A stretch of 64,000 nucleotides of DNA. It comes from Dimorphilus gyrociliatus. Its lineage: Eukaryota; Animalia; Annelida. Positions 1 through 12,483 of this stretch are shown one piece after another; within the stretch, counting starts at the first letter, position 1, and each line of letters opens with the position of its first letter. The notes beneath the pieces were generated by a model that had not been told where the DNA came from, searched no databases, and saw nothing but the letters and a program-made list of their open reading frames with translations. A program made the position numbers and the translations under genes. Location of the stretch: the NCBI GenBank assembly GCA_904063045.1, contig CAJFCJ010000036.1, forward strand, positions 139,737 to 203,736. The letters run 5' to 3'.

Positions 1-3000
1 AAATTCAAAGAAAGAGTATAAAATAAAACTTTGTAAAACACTTTTCTCATATTGCTGTTTAATTGCATTCTGGTTTTTACAAATTTCGTCTGTTCTATCA
101 AAACAGTTGGGCGAACCATCGCAAATATTTTTTTCATTTATGCATTGTTTGTTCTTACACATGGCTCTATTTTATTAAAGTTAAAATTTTTAATTCTACT
201 GCAAAATTAACCTACTGGAAAAAAATATACCCTGTAACAGTGTCGCACGACTCTCTATCTGTAAAGACGATTTCATTTTGATTCCGAATGGTTTATTTAA
301 TTGAATCCTACCGCAAAACTTCTCATCCGAACTATCCGTACAATCGCTGTGAAAATCACAGAGAAGAGAATATCTAATTCTTTCTCTCTTATTAAAACAT
401 AAGAATTGATAACTTGAATCTTCGCTGTCTTCATCACAATCAATTTCATCTTCATTACTTAAACAATCGTTTTCGCCATCGCACAAATATATAGAATTGA
501 TGCATACTTGACTAATTTTACAATAGAATCCATTGATTGGACAAAGTGTATTTGATTCTTGAATTGGTTGGAGTAAATTACTATGATTTACTGAAAGATT
601 TAGACAGGAAATATATTGAATTTGTTTAAAAATCACTAAACAAACAATGAATTTTCTGACATAATAGAAAATCATTTTTTGCATTATCAGGTTTATTCTT
701 TATTTGTGATTGTTTCGGATTTCTTTTTTAATAGAGAGAAGTGTTTATTTATTTTAAATCTTGGCTATTTTCATCAGATACCTTTGAAGGATAAAGGATA
801 GAACTTTTGTATACAGTCTATCTGACATATAGTCATAAGCCAACTCTTTAAAACTATCAAATCCTTTGGCAAAACAATCGTCGCTGATGAAAAATTGAAA
901 AGCATTTTCGTATAAATAATAAGAAGTTGGAAACAGTTCCACTAAATAGTTGCTGCTAGTCAACATTTTTGGAATTCCTTTTACAAGTTTTGTTTTAGTT
1001 TCTGAAAAGAAAAAATGATATAAAATGCTAAAACAAAGAAGAGAAAGTGTTTAAAACTACTTGTTAAAATTTCAATACTACCAGTTTTAGCTTGTTTTGC
1101 ATGATATATTTTATAAAGTAAAAGGTAGGTTAATAAATATATTTGATTTTTTGTTGGTAAATCTGATAGTGTAAGATTTAAACTTTTACACTTTCTCTCC
1201 ATCTCATCAACGCCTATAGGCTTATCCAATATGTATATATAATAGCATACACTTTCAAAGTAGACCGAGTTGTTATCAATACAAGGAACGCCTAGAAAAT
1301 TATGGAATAAATTGGAATTGGAATTGCAGTTAGTTTAGTTTTTCTACTTTTATTTGTGCATTTAATTTCTAATAGTTCTGTAAATTTTTTCAATACTCTG
1401 TAGAGTTTGTTATACTGCAAATTATAATATTAAAAGTATAATATCTAGTAGTAGTATAAATGCCTTTTATCGTCAGCTTTGCAGTTTTCAATATCTGTTT
1501 CGTTAATTTCACAATCTATCTTTGAAATAAAGAGGTTATTCCTATACGGATTATAATGCATGAAATTTGATGGAATCTTTAATTGTCCATATTTGAATTG
1601 ATATCTTTTACAAATAAGCTGAATTTCTGGACTTTTTAATACTTCAATAAAGAAATTTATACCATTTTTATAATAGAAAACATTTCCAAATATTTCTCCA
1701 TTAGAATTTGATTCAATTCTTTCAAAAGTGAACTTGTTTCCTATTAAAAATTACAAGAAAAGTCTATTAATTCAACAATTGGTATCTTTGACTTTTGTCT
1801 AAATTAAATATAAGTAATAATCTACTTGGATAGCCTATTTTCTTCCTGCAAATGATTCTACTAAGGGAAAAACTTTGTCCACTTTTAACTCTCTTAAAGT
1901 AGCAATTCTTTACAGCGTAATTTTTTATTGAACAACCAGAAAGAAGGGGAAAATGTCTCTGAAAGTATAGGAAAGATGAATCATTAAAAGTTTATATTTC
2001 CTACTGTAGCCTTTCTCTCTCTCTCTCTCTCTCTCTTCATTTACATTGCCAAATGGGTTTACGATTGATAAATTTGGTCCTGTATCCATATTTTGAGCTG
2101 AGCAGGTTAGCATTGAAAATTTTGTTTCTACCGCTCTAGTTTCGCCTAGAAGGGGAAAGAAGCCGTATATTTTTGATTTTATCCATACTTTGCAGAATCT
2201 CATGCTTCTTTCGCCGAAACGAGATAAAGAATCTGAAATTATCTTTTCTTCTGGTATAAACAGACTAAAGTCTAAAGAAAACAGCAATTTCTTAGTTGGA
2301 TTCTGAAGAAAACTGATATTGGTACAGACCATTCAACTGTTGGTAGGAACAGACGAAATTTTTGACGTTATTCCTTTTACTTTCAATTTGAACAATTAAA
2401 TCGGAATTACTTCTATTTGAATGATGATGAACATTGGCAAAGTATTTCTCTTCGTAATTGAATTCTTCTTCAACAAAATGTTGGTACTTTGTGCAAAGTT
2501 CTTTTGTATCTCCACCTAAAATAGGATAAATTTTACCTTTCCATTGAAGAAACAACTTAAAAGCGTTATTCGTAATAGATTGAAGAAAGATGTCTATAGT
2601 GATTCAGATAGTAATTATAATTATTAAATATACAAAATATGTTTACAAGATGAATTTCGTTTAAAGCAGATTATATGAATTCTCTCGTGGACTTTTATCT
2701 TTTCAATTTTGCTAGAAATGTTAAGAAAAGATTGGAAAAAGTGTATATTTATCAAATTTTCATTCAATCATTTTAAGATATTACTATTCACAACACGGAT
2801 TTGTTGATAAGATTACCACTGATTTCATTTGAATATTACTTAAAATGTATTCAATTTTAGCATGATCAGTGTTAAATGTTGTCCAATTTTTGCATAATAA
2901 CAGTTTTGTCTCTCTAAACCATTTGTAAATGGTATAATTAATTTGCAGGGCGTATTCATTTCCTTCCAATGAAATAGAAATCTCGCCCTTTGAATAAATC

Positions 3001-3098
3001 TCAGAATTTTCAATAAGAGAATAATTAAATGGGAAACAGTGAAAATCCAGAAAGAAAGTATGGAAAATTACAAGATATAATAGACATTTTGATAACAT
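1..3098 (-). CDS. GRL101-like LDLa-LRR-GPCR paralog A, multi-exon, 5' part only (continues past the left edge)
   Basis: ORF 2784..3098 has a signal peptide and an LLCK...CCE segment matching exon 1 of paralogs B and C (LLCEK...SCCNL). ORF 981..1229 (MERKCKSLNLTLSDLP) matches B 5683..5931 (MEERCRKENSTLADFP). ORF 196..684 and bases 1-190 encode LDLa repeats (CDGENDCLSNEDEIDC; CDFHSDCTDSSDEKFC; CDGSPNCFDRTDEIC). Confidence 0.75.
2014..2036. repeat. (TC)n microsatellite in an intron of paralog A
   Basis: Uninterrupted tctctc run. Confidence 0.9.
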
Positions 3099-3603
3099 GT
3101 TCCTTTTTGTTGAAACTTGGAAAGAAAATTTGTTTAAAGGAAAAAAGAAATCAAATAAAATATCTATTTCAACGATATGAAAGTCAACTCTTTTAATTAA
3201 TTTTTTACCTTTAAATCCGAACGAAATTTCGTCGATTGCGATGATTAAACTGGAAAATAAAAGGATTGAACTTTAGGATAAGAATCCAAAATTTCAAATA
3301 GGTTTACTAACTTGTTAAGTCTTAAGTCTAGGGTTGAAGTCCAAAATTTGGAACATTTTATACAGCATCCTATATATATATATATTGGATATTGACTTTA
3401 TCAATTAGAAAAGATGAATACGAAACAGAAACATAACACTTTTGACATTTTGTTAAAAGTATGATAAGGAATTCAAGTAATTTCAGCATGATATCATCCT
3501 TTTAAAACCGCAACTTGTGACTATTCAGCCAGATAAAATCCTTTAAAATACGTTTTTTTCGATTTTTTTCTATATAGTCCATTTCCAACTGAATATAGTT
3601 TTC

Positions 3604-6600
3604 ATGATGAATAAAACATATCTTTTTTTTCTCTCTTTGAATTTCCTCTGTTTATGCATAACAACAAAATCAGCCATGGTAGCAACTACTTATGAAATGT
3701 CTATACAAGATTCAAGAGATGAAAAGGTGTACGTTGAAGGAATTTTAAAAGGAAAGATGTTGATGGAAGATAATTGGTTGATTGTGAAATATGAAATATA
3801 TACAACTCAGCAAAATAATCTCCTGTGTGAGAAAATGGGCTACGAATCCATTCATTCAGTAGCCTTGCCCTGTAAATTGGACACTCTACAATCGGAAGCC
3901 ATTGAAATATCACTAAAAACCGGAAGTTGTTGTAATTTGTAAGTAAAACTAGATGAATTTTTAATAGTTTTCAATCGAAAATGGACATTTTTCTTATTTT
4001 TTTCTTTTTTTCAAAAAAGTTCAAAAGTTGAATATCATTCAGACAAAGCATTTTGTATTAAATGCTTCAAGAAACAGAGCCAATGTAAGAATATCATTCT
4101 ATTATCGTTATTTTGAATGATTCAATTACCAGTTCATTGTATTTATACCATTCAGTTATTTTTGCTGTATTTACACAAAAAATGTATCGATTATTTTATA
4201 AAAATGATGATAGTTTTTATAAAATAATTGGCAACAGAATGCAAAATAGAGAACACTGCAAAAGATCAGAGTTTTTTCTTAATGAATTTGAAAGAAATGT
4301 TACAAATTTCGTTAAAATGGGAGAATATTTTACAGATAAGTTAAAAGAAGATGAAAGTCATTCAAGATGTACTTTTCAATATTTAAAAGGTTCAAATAAG
4401 AGAATTAATAAAAGTTTTTTAATTAAAAAGTTCAATTATGCTCTAATTCAATCGCTAAACTTAAACATTAAGAATGTTGAATTAGAGTTAGAAAAAAAAG
4501 TCAAATAAAGAAATGATAAAAGAAAAACTAATTTATGTTCAACTTTTTAGATGTTACAGTTGACTATCTATGGAAAAATGAATCTAGAACATATTCATAT
4601 ATTAATAAATACAAAACATATTCAAATTATTTCTTTATTTCCAAAACACTTGGAGTTTCTCCTCCCTTCTTTTTTAATATAAAACGATATTCCCTTCTGT
4701 GTGTAAAGCTCTGTTGGTATATTCAATCTATTGCGGATGAGCACAGTTGCTTCAAATATTATATTCAAAACAATGTAAAAGAAGCTTTTTTTTTACCGTG
4801 TGGGAGAGAACGTGACATTATTTTGGCTTTTTTTTTATTAAAAGCCTAACGCAATAATTAGCCAAAGTGGTCTTCCCTAATTCGGATTTATCTAAAACGT
4901 CCCTACATTGGCGAAAACTTTTGAATAGTCTTTAAGACGTTTTCTCCCAACTCCCTTCGTTTCTAAATATAAAATCAAAAACATTGTTTTCAGGAAGCAT
5001 CGGCAATGGTTTGCGAAATGGATAGGGGTAAGTCTGTCAAAGTTGTTCGACACTGTCATCATATGGCCGCCAAGGAGAGAGTTGCAGTTGTTGAACCAAG
5101 ATGCCAAAAGTTGAATAAGACAAGTCAGTTAAGAGGATAAATCCTCTTTATATGACAAAAAAACAAAATGATTAATATACCTCTTAAAAATCCATTTTAG
5201 AAGGTCTAACCTACAGACTTTTTTACAATAGAAGCCTTATTTTGCTACCAAATAGAGAGAACTCCTTTGAAGAATTCACCGGGCGTTTTCAAATAGTAAA
5301 TGAGAAAAAGTGGATAGATTTCGACGATATATTTCTACAGGAACACAAGACTATATGCAAATCATTTGATTTTAAATATGAATATTTGACTGGAAAATTT
5401 AATTCTATAGAATTTAACGATAGAAGAAGTTATTTGCATTGCGGTAAAACTATCAAAACATTAAGGGATTGCAGATTAAAATTCTATAAAAGTGCTGGGT
5501 AATTTAACATAATTTCAATATGAATAAATTAATAAATGTAAAAGAAAGATAATGAATTTTGATGCTAATTATTTCTTCAAAGATAGATATTCGTACAAAA
5601 CTGCTCCACTTTTGAAATGTTCAAAGAATTTGATAATAGGTTTGGAACCAAATCATAAAGTGTAAATCTAATAGAAAATGATTTGAAACTAGATCCTCTA
5701 TGCAAGGGAAAACTATCCTTTAACATAGATAGCGTCTGTTATAGTGGTTTTGTTGAAAGTAAGAAGGTATCAATAACAGAAATGGAAGAGAGATGTAGAA
5801 AGGAAAATTCGACATTAGCAGATTTCCCGGGAGGAAATATTGAAACCATGATGATATTGAAATCGTTTATCTTTTCATTTTTAACAAATAAATCCAAATT
5901 TCATCGCCTCTTTCATCTGTTTTACAGTTAAGTTCAAATTATATGTCATTCAAAATTCTATTATAAAAAATGCAAAATAAACTTTCCTCTGTTTTTTAAA
6001 ATTTAGAATTAAAAACTTTAACTAAAAATGAACAAAATATTTTCGTTACACCTTCAAACATGCCTTTTTCATTTATTTCAAGATTACAAATAGAGGAGAA
6101 ATTGGTAAATTTTTCAATTTCATTTTGAACATTTTCCGTTCAATTCAAAAATAATTTGTACGTAAAATATATGTTTATCGTTTTTCTTAGCATCATGAAA
6201 TTGATTCTGAAAAGAGATTATTCGATACAGACAATTTGATGGAGTTAAGTAAAATAATTCAAAATTTAGAAAATTCTTTTGGAGATTGCGTTCAATTGAG
6301 TTATGTTAGTACTGTATACTTCAAAAAAGTCATTGTATTTTCATTCTGTAATACATTATAGTTGGTTGAAAGTTCATACACTTTCACTAGAATGATTAGA
6401 GGTATATACTTTGATAAAAGATCGACGTTTAAAATTCGTTTTAGACCTAATTGTCCTTCTCTTTTAGGTATTCATCTCTCAAATATTGATTGCTCCACAG
6501 GAAAAGCTAGATATTACTTCTGTCAGAAAATTTTATGTTGGCTTTTTTTAATTTTGGATGCAGAACGAAACGTCCTCAATTTTACCCCAAACCTAACGTA

Positions 6601-9600
6601 ACTCCCTCAGGGACGTTTTGTTCTAGTATCTCTTTAATTTCTTTGCAAATTACACTTAAAGCTAATATGTTGCTATGAAATACAGATTCAGATTATCCTT
6701 CTCTTATCAGTTTGAGCACAAGCACTACAGCTCCATTTCAAAATAATACATATTTTTGTCAAAAAAGTGAAACTTACATAAATATTATATACGTTTGTGA
6801 CAGGTATCCGGACTGTCCCCTTTCCGAAGACGAAGGTGGCCATTGCCAATATAGTGGGAAGGAAAAATTCCACTGTTTGCTTGAAAATTTCAGTGTATCT
6901 TATAAATTGCTGTGTAATTTTGTCAATGATTGTCCTGATGAATCTGATGAGAAATTTTGTGGTAAATCAAATTATATTCTCATTACAAAAACAATAAAAA
7001 CGTTTTTATTCCCATAGAAAGAGCATCCTGTGAAACAAAGGAAAGGCATGTATATTTCTTTTCATATTCATTATTACGCTAAAGACTAATTAAGCATCTT
7101 CGGAAATTATCTGATACTTTTGTATATAATAGTGCATGCAATAACAAACAATGCATTCAAACAAACTACGTTTGCAATAACAACAAGAATTGCTTTGATT
7201 CAAGTGATGAAATATGCAATAACGTAAACGCTATTCATACTAAATTTAAAAAACGTAAAAATCAAAAACACTATTCAAATATTGATATTTTAAAATATTG
7301 ATTTTAAAAATAAGACTGCCGACTTTCAACACAAGTTCCATGTCAGAAATCATGTATAACAAAGCAAAAAAAATGTAATCTCAGACCTGATTGTCCAAAG
7401 GGAGAAGATGAAGACACCTACCAATGTGAAAATTTCCTTTATCCTAATAGAAAACAATTATTTAATAACTACAAATGCCAGCTTCAGTTTGACTCATTGG
7501 GAATCCTTTTAACAAATCCACAATTTCCCCATTATGATCTAATCAAATGCAATAAAACTACATGCCAACCAGGACAGTTCTTATGTACATTTTATAAATT
7601 TTGCATATCAATTGAACAAGTTTGCGATGGAATTAATCATTGCATTCATAATGAAGATGAAATGATTTGTGGTAAGATCATAGATGACAACACAAAATAT
7701 CTTTCTCATACCTTTCCCAGCATTAACAATATCTTTAAATTTATCGATTTCTATTACGACAAATGTTTCATGGGGAGCATAAATTTTCATTAAACATGAA
7801 TTTTTCTAGATGAAATCTACACAAAAGGATTCTTTAAATGCAGAAATGAAACAAAAGCAATTTTACCCAGCAAAGTCTGTGATGGAATAGTAAACTGTTT
7901 CTATGGAAGTGATGAACTCTCCTGCAACCAAATCAACGTATCTAACTATTCTTTTTGCCGAACTACTTTAGCAACAGAAATGTTCTGTCAAATGCAAATA
8001 AAAAACAAAAGAATTTCAGACAACCAAACTTTTCACATAGCAAATGTTCCACATATTAAAAAACTTCAAATTTATGGATTGATGAATTTAAAAGTGAGTG
8101 AAAAACAGTTTCAGATTACTTCTTTGTCCATAGAAGACAATTTTCAAAGGAATATCTTTGTTCATTTACAATTCTTTCCCAATCTGCTGGCTTTGACTTT
8201 AAAATCAAACAAACTAACATTTAGAAACGATTTCAGTAGAACATTACTTCTACTTCAATATCTCGATCTTTCCAGTAACAGATTTACAAACTTTTCTATC
8301 TTGGAGAAATTTCAAAGTCACGATTTGAGATATTTGGATTTTTCAAACAATCCACTTCAAAATTTCAATCATAACATGAAACATTTTCGGAAATTAAACA
8401 TTTTGAAAATAACAAATTGTTATATTTCAAATATTCAACCAGTTTTCTTTAAATATTTCACCAAACTGGAAAGGTTATACTTGAATGGAACTGAATTTCC
8501 TTCAAAGCAAAGTATGACGATTGTTCGACAGCTGCATCGAATAAAGATGATCTTTAACGAATTCTACAAACTGTGCTGTTTAACCTGGAAATTGTTTGGC
8601 AATCACATCATTTGTAAACCGTCTACATCATTGTACAACACTTGTTCTAGTCTCCTCAGTAGTTTGCCTATTCGTCTCTTGTATTGGATCAATGGACTTT
8701 TTGGGTTAATTGGAAATGTGTTTTCAATATTTCTGCTGTTCAAGTCGAAGAGTCAATCGACTGCATTTAGATTATCATTAATTTTAAGTGATAGTCTTAC
8801 ATCACTGTATGTTGTTACAATAGCCATTGCAGACGCCTACTTTAAAGATAAATATTTGGAAAATGATGAAAGATGGCGAAATAGTGTGCTTTGTCAAATT
8901 ATTGGAACAAGCATGTCATTTTCCCTACTCTTGTCCACCCTGAGTTTGTTTCTTTTGACATTTGAGCGGTTCCAAGCAATAGTTGTGCCTTTTTCTTCAT
9001 TGAAAATTCAACATTATAAAAGAGTGATCATTCCAATTTCATTTCTATTGTCGAGTATTTTGGCAACACTTCCATTTGGTTTTTATAAAGTATAAGTAAA
9101 AAACAGACATTCCTTTGACTGTAAAATGAAAATGAATGTTTCAGAATTTTCACAGAAAATCTCCAATTTGCTTTAATTTGCATATAACAAGTGAGAAAAG
9201 CGCAGGTTGGCTGTATTCATTTTTCGTTTTCGGTATTTTACTGTTTGTGTTGAGCGCCACAATTAGCGTTCTTTATATGATGATTGTGAAAACTGTCAAA
9301 AAGTCTTTTGTAAGGTTTAATAAGAGTAAAAGGGATAAGGATAAATTGGATAAGGTCATGAAGACTGTATTTTTGATAATAATGACAAACTTGATATGTT
9401 GGTTTCCAATTTCACTTCTCGGTTTGTAGAATATTCATCATTGAAAATGCTAAAGCGTCACATTTTGAACAGGAATTTTGTCAGTCTTTGTCGAAATCCA
9501 CATCAGTAGGAATATCTATTCAGTTATTGTTGCTGTGTTTCTGCCAATAAATGCTCTTCTCAATCCTCTGATCTATTCTTACAGTGACATAAAACTTTTA

Positions 9601-10515
9601 ATGCAAGTTAAGGCAGAAAAAAAAGAGGAAGAACAGTTAAGTGATAATTCATTCTATTTTAGTGTAACTATTGTATTTAACCAAGTTTTCCATGTGTCAA
9701 CAGAAGAAATATAATTAGCAATGCAGCATATCAGATTCGACAGCAAAGTAAGATTAACTGGTGTTTTTTATTTGTAATTTGTTTGAGAATAAATGGTTTT
9801 TAGTGATACATTTTGTTGAAAATTCAAAAAAGAATAGAATTTATTTGAAAGAATTGAGTGGAAATTGTGAAAAATTGACATTACATAAAAAGTTTTTCGA
9901 AAATTTGCTATATTTAAAGATCATCAAGGACGTAATTGAAGCTTTAAAGTTTTGTCATGATCATAAAATGAAGTATATAGATGGATTTACCATACATGAC
10001 ATTTACTATGATGTAAGGAAAATAACAATTTTTTCTACATTCTTTTATTATAAAGGCAACTTTTCTTACTGTTCTTGAGAATTTCATCTTGATTATAGTA
10101 ATTGTTGTATTGTGATATATTTTAATTTAAATGGTTTGTAAAAATTTTTGAGTTTGTAAATATGTTGTAGGTGGTATTTCTGTGGTTTTGAACTGTGTAA
10201 AAGAGAGGTAGTTGTGGGTTTAGAGAAAAATCTCTAATTGATTGATTTCTTCAGTCGGGTAGAACTAAATTTTAGGTTGTGTCAGAAGGTTTTAAAAAGA
10301 AAATATTTGATTTTCTTCAATCATTGTCTTCTTTTCGTAATTTGCTTTTATCAAACCTTTTCTTTCAGATTGATAAAAATGTCTTTTTCCTAACTTGGAG
10401 AAAATTGTCGATTATGGAAGAAGGTAGAGAAAATAAAGATATATTTTCATTTGGACTGCTAACAAGAACCATTCTGCAAAAGAAACAATTGTATAAAAAT
10501 GTGTTAGAGTCTTGA
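3604..10515 (+). CDS. GRL101-like receptor paralog B: signal peptide, SRCR-like and lectin-like modules, at least 6 LDLa repeats, LRRs, rhodopsin-type 7TM, C-terminal pseudokinase-like tail; multi-exon
   Basis: LDLa motifs (CDRYPDCPLSEDE, CNFVNDCPDESDE, CDGINHCIHNEDE, CDGIVNCFYGSDE). LRRs (LQYLDLSSNRF, LRYLDFSNNPL). Hinge CCL...C.P...TCSSLL, TM3 LLTFERFQAIV, TM6 TNLICWFP, TM7 INALLNPLIYSY. GT-AG introns join the ORF-track pieces. The 3' end is uncertain. Confidence 0.88.
4801..4949. mobile_element. MITE-like element in an intron of paralog B
   Basis: Inverted repeat tgggagagaacgt (4801-4813) / acgttttctccca (4937-4949), 12/13 match. The equivalent intron of paralog C (about 13553-13604) is short and lacks it. 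Confidence 0.55.
6562..6624. mobile_element. Short hairpin/MITE-like element in an intron of paralog B
   Basis: agaacgaaacgtcc (6562-6575) / ggacgttttgttct (6611-6624), 13/14 inverted match, with an internal accccaaacctaac motif. Confidence 0.55.
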
Positions 10516-10649
10516 TGCATAATCATAAACATTGTATTTTTTTTTATTAAAAATAGTACAAGAAAACTTTTACTCAGTTTTTTTTGTTTGCAATGAACAT
10601 AACACTCTTAAATAATATGGTTGACAACTTTTTCATAAAGTGTTCTGTA

Positions 10650-12178
10650 TAAGATAACGGACAAAATAATCCGGACACTGTAAATTCTGATATTCAGATA
10701 AGACGGGTCGGGCGCGAATGCACCTGTTAGTAAATATTTCCAACCCTGAAAACACTTTAGAAAAGGGTTAGTTTGAAAATTTGATTGGATTTATTGTTAG
10801 AGGTACTTCAATTTAGGCTTAGGGAATATAAATAACACAAATATTACACTCAATTTTAGATATATTGAGGTAGGCTTCAACCCTCGAAATAAGACGTGTT
10901 TAAGCAACACAATTTTTTCAATCAATTTACTTTTTAAAGTTAAGTTTCTTAATTATTTCCTATATTAATTATATAAGATAATATTTGTTCTATTGTTTAA
11001 TTATAGCATAGAGTAAAGATGTCAGGATTTCGTAATAAAGAAATTTACTAAGTGGGAAAGGTTAGGACAACAGCAAGAACTTTGGGAATGGCACCGTCAA
11101 CAGTCAGAGATATTTAAACATATGAGCCACTAGAACAAGAGAGTAAGGCTCTTTACAGAAAGAGGCATAAACAGGATGAAAGACATTGTAAAGAAACTTA
11201 AAAGAAACGAGGAAAGGTGAAAGTAGCAAAGATATTAAAGGAATTAGAAGTAGATGTGAGCCTCAAAGCAATTCAGAATCAGCTGAAAAGACTAAATATG
11301 AAATATAAAAAAGGAAGAAAAAAAGCAAGAAAAAAAGTTGATTCCGTATCCGAGGATTGCAAAAGAAGAAAATATTGTGCACTTAGAAATATCAACATAA
11401 TAATATTTAGACTTTAGATATTATAGAACTGTAGAAAGGCTTTTATTTCGTAGCAATTATAATGGTGAAAGTTTAGAAACACATTTATTTAGTAGAATTA
11501 GAGTCTAGAACTTTAAAAAGGCTTTTATTTCGTAGGAAACATATTCTTTGACCAAAACAGATGTTGCATTATGGAATTAACAATGGAACAAACAATATAG
11601 AAAAAATGCATGTCAAACTTCTTACATCTTATTCAAAACCAGATTCGGAAGAGGCAGGCTTATTTTTGCAGTGCCACATGTTAGCCAGAAGTGATGCAAT
11701 AGTTTATCATGTCTTTGTTATATGTTCATTGTGAGACTGTTACATTTCAACTTCGTAATCTTTTGACCAAGTGAACCCAAGCTTTGGTAAATGTATAAAA
11801 GGAAATACATTTCCCCAGTTTGGCAGTTCAGTTCTTTAACCATGGATGAACTTGGAAGGTTCTATTTGGACCAGTACTTTGGTAGATCGGTAAATGATTG
11901 GAAAGGACGAATACTTTTCAGAAGAAGCAGAAATTCCTACAATTATAATACAACAAAGTACACATTTTATTGTCCTTAAAAGATCAGTGATAATCTATAA
12001 TGGAGACTTCAGGGTCACAAAAAATATTGGTAGTGACTATATCTTCTAACAGAACAATGCAAACTTCTCGGGAAGAGCCTGATCTCAGTCCTATTGAGAA
12101 CATGTGGCCATCTGACTAAAAATTAGTCTATGATGGTACGCAATTTGCATCGTCCGGATATTTTTGTCCATTACTTTA
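10650..12178 (+). mobile_element. Degraded Tc1-family DNA transposon with a nested repeat insertion
   Basis: Imperfect TIRs taagataacggacaaaataatccggac / gtccggatatttttgtccattacttta, each flanked by TA. About 11010-11375 aligns with the N-terminus of the transposase at 34788 (ORF 11217: AKILKELEVDVSLKAIQ vs AKILKELEVDVSIRTIQ). About 12002-12140 aligns with its C-terminal part. Stops and deletions are present. Confidence 0.8.
11376..11850 (+). repeat. Dispersed repeat family with 42-bp internal minisatellite, copy 1 (nested in the Tc1 remnant)
   Basis: Starts tgtgcacttag where the transposase alignment breaks. 11399-11475 is the reverse complement of 61265-61345. 11560-11850 is the reverse complement of 59265-59550 at roughly 85% identity by eye. 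Confidence 0.8.
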
Positions 12179-12483
12179 TACTATTGCTTCAATTTCCACA
12201 AGCAGCATAAGATAATATAGAAAGTGTATATAGGCTTAAATTAAGAATTTAAACTCATTTTTTGACATATCAATTAAAAGCAGCTAAAAATAGTAGAAAC
12301 ACAATGCTTTCGACATTTAAATCTCATTGTTTTTTTAAATACAACAATGAAATAAAAATTAAATCTTGGGCATGATTTTACCCTTTTTTTATCATTTCGC
12401 CTAACATTTACATTATTTACACTAATTAATCTAAAAATTTGTATAAACATTTTAACAATTTCAAACACAGTCCATTTTTAGAG

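Noticed and set aside
7980-9095. Assigning the symbol GRL101, RXFP or LGR to paralogs B and C
   Set aside because: The architecture is GRL101-like, but orthology cannot be established without a phylogeny.
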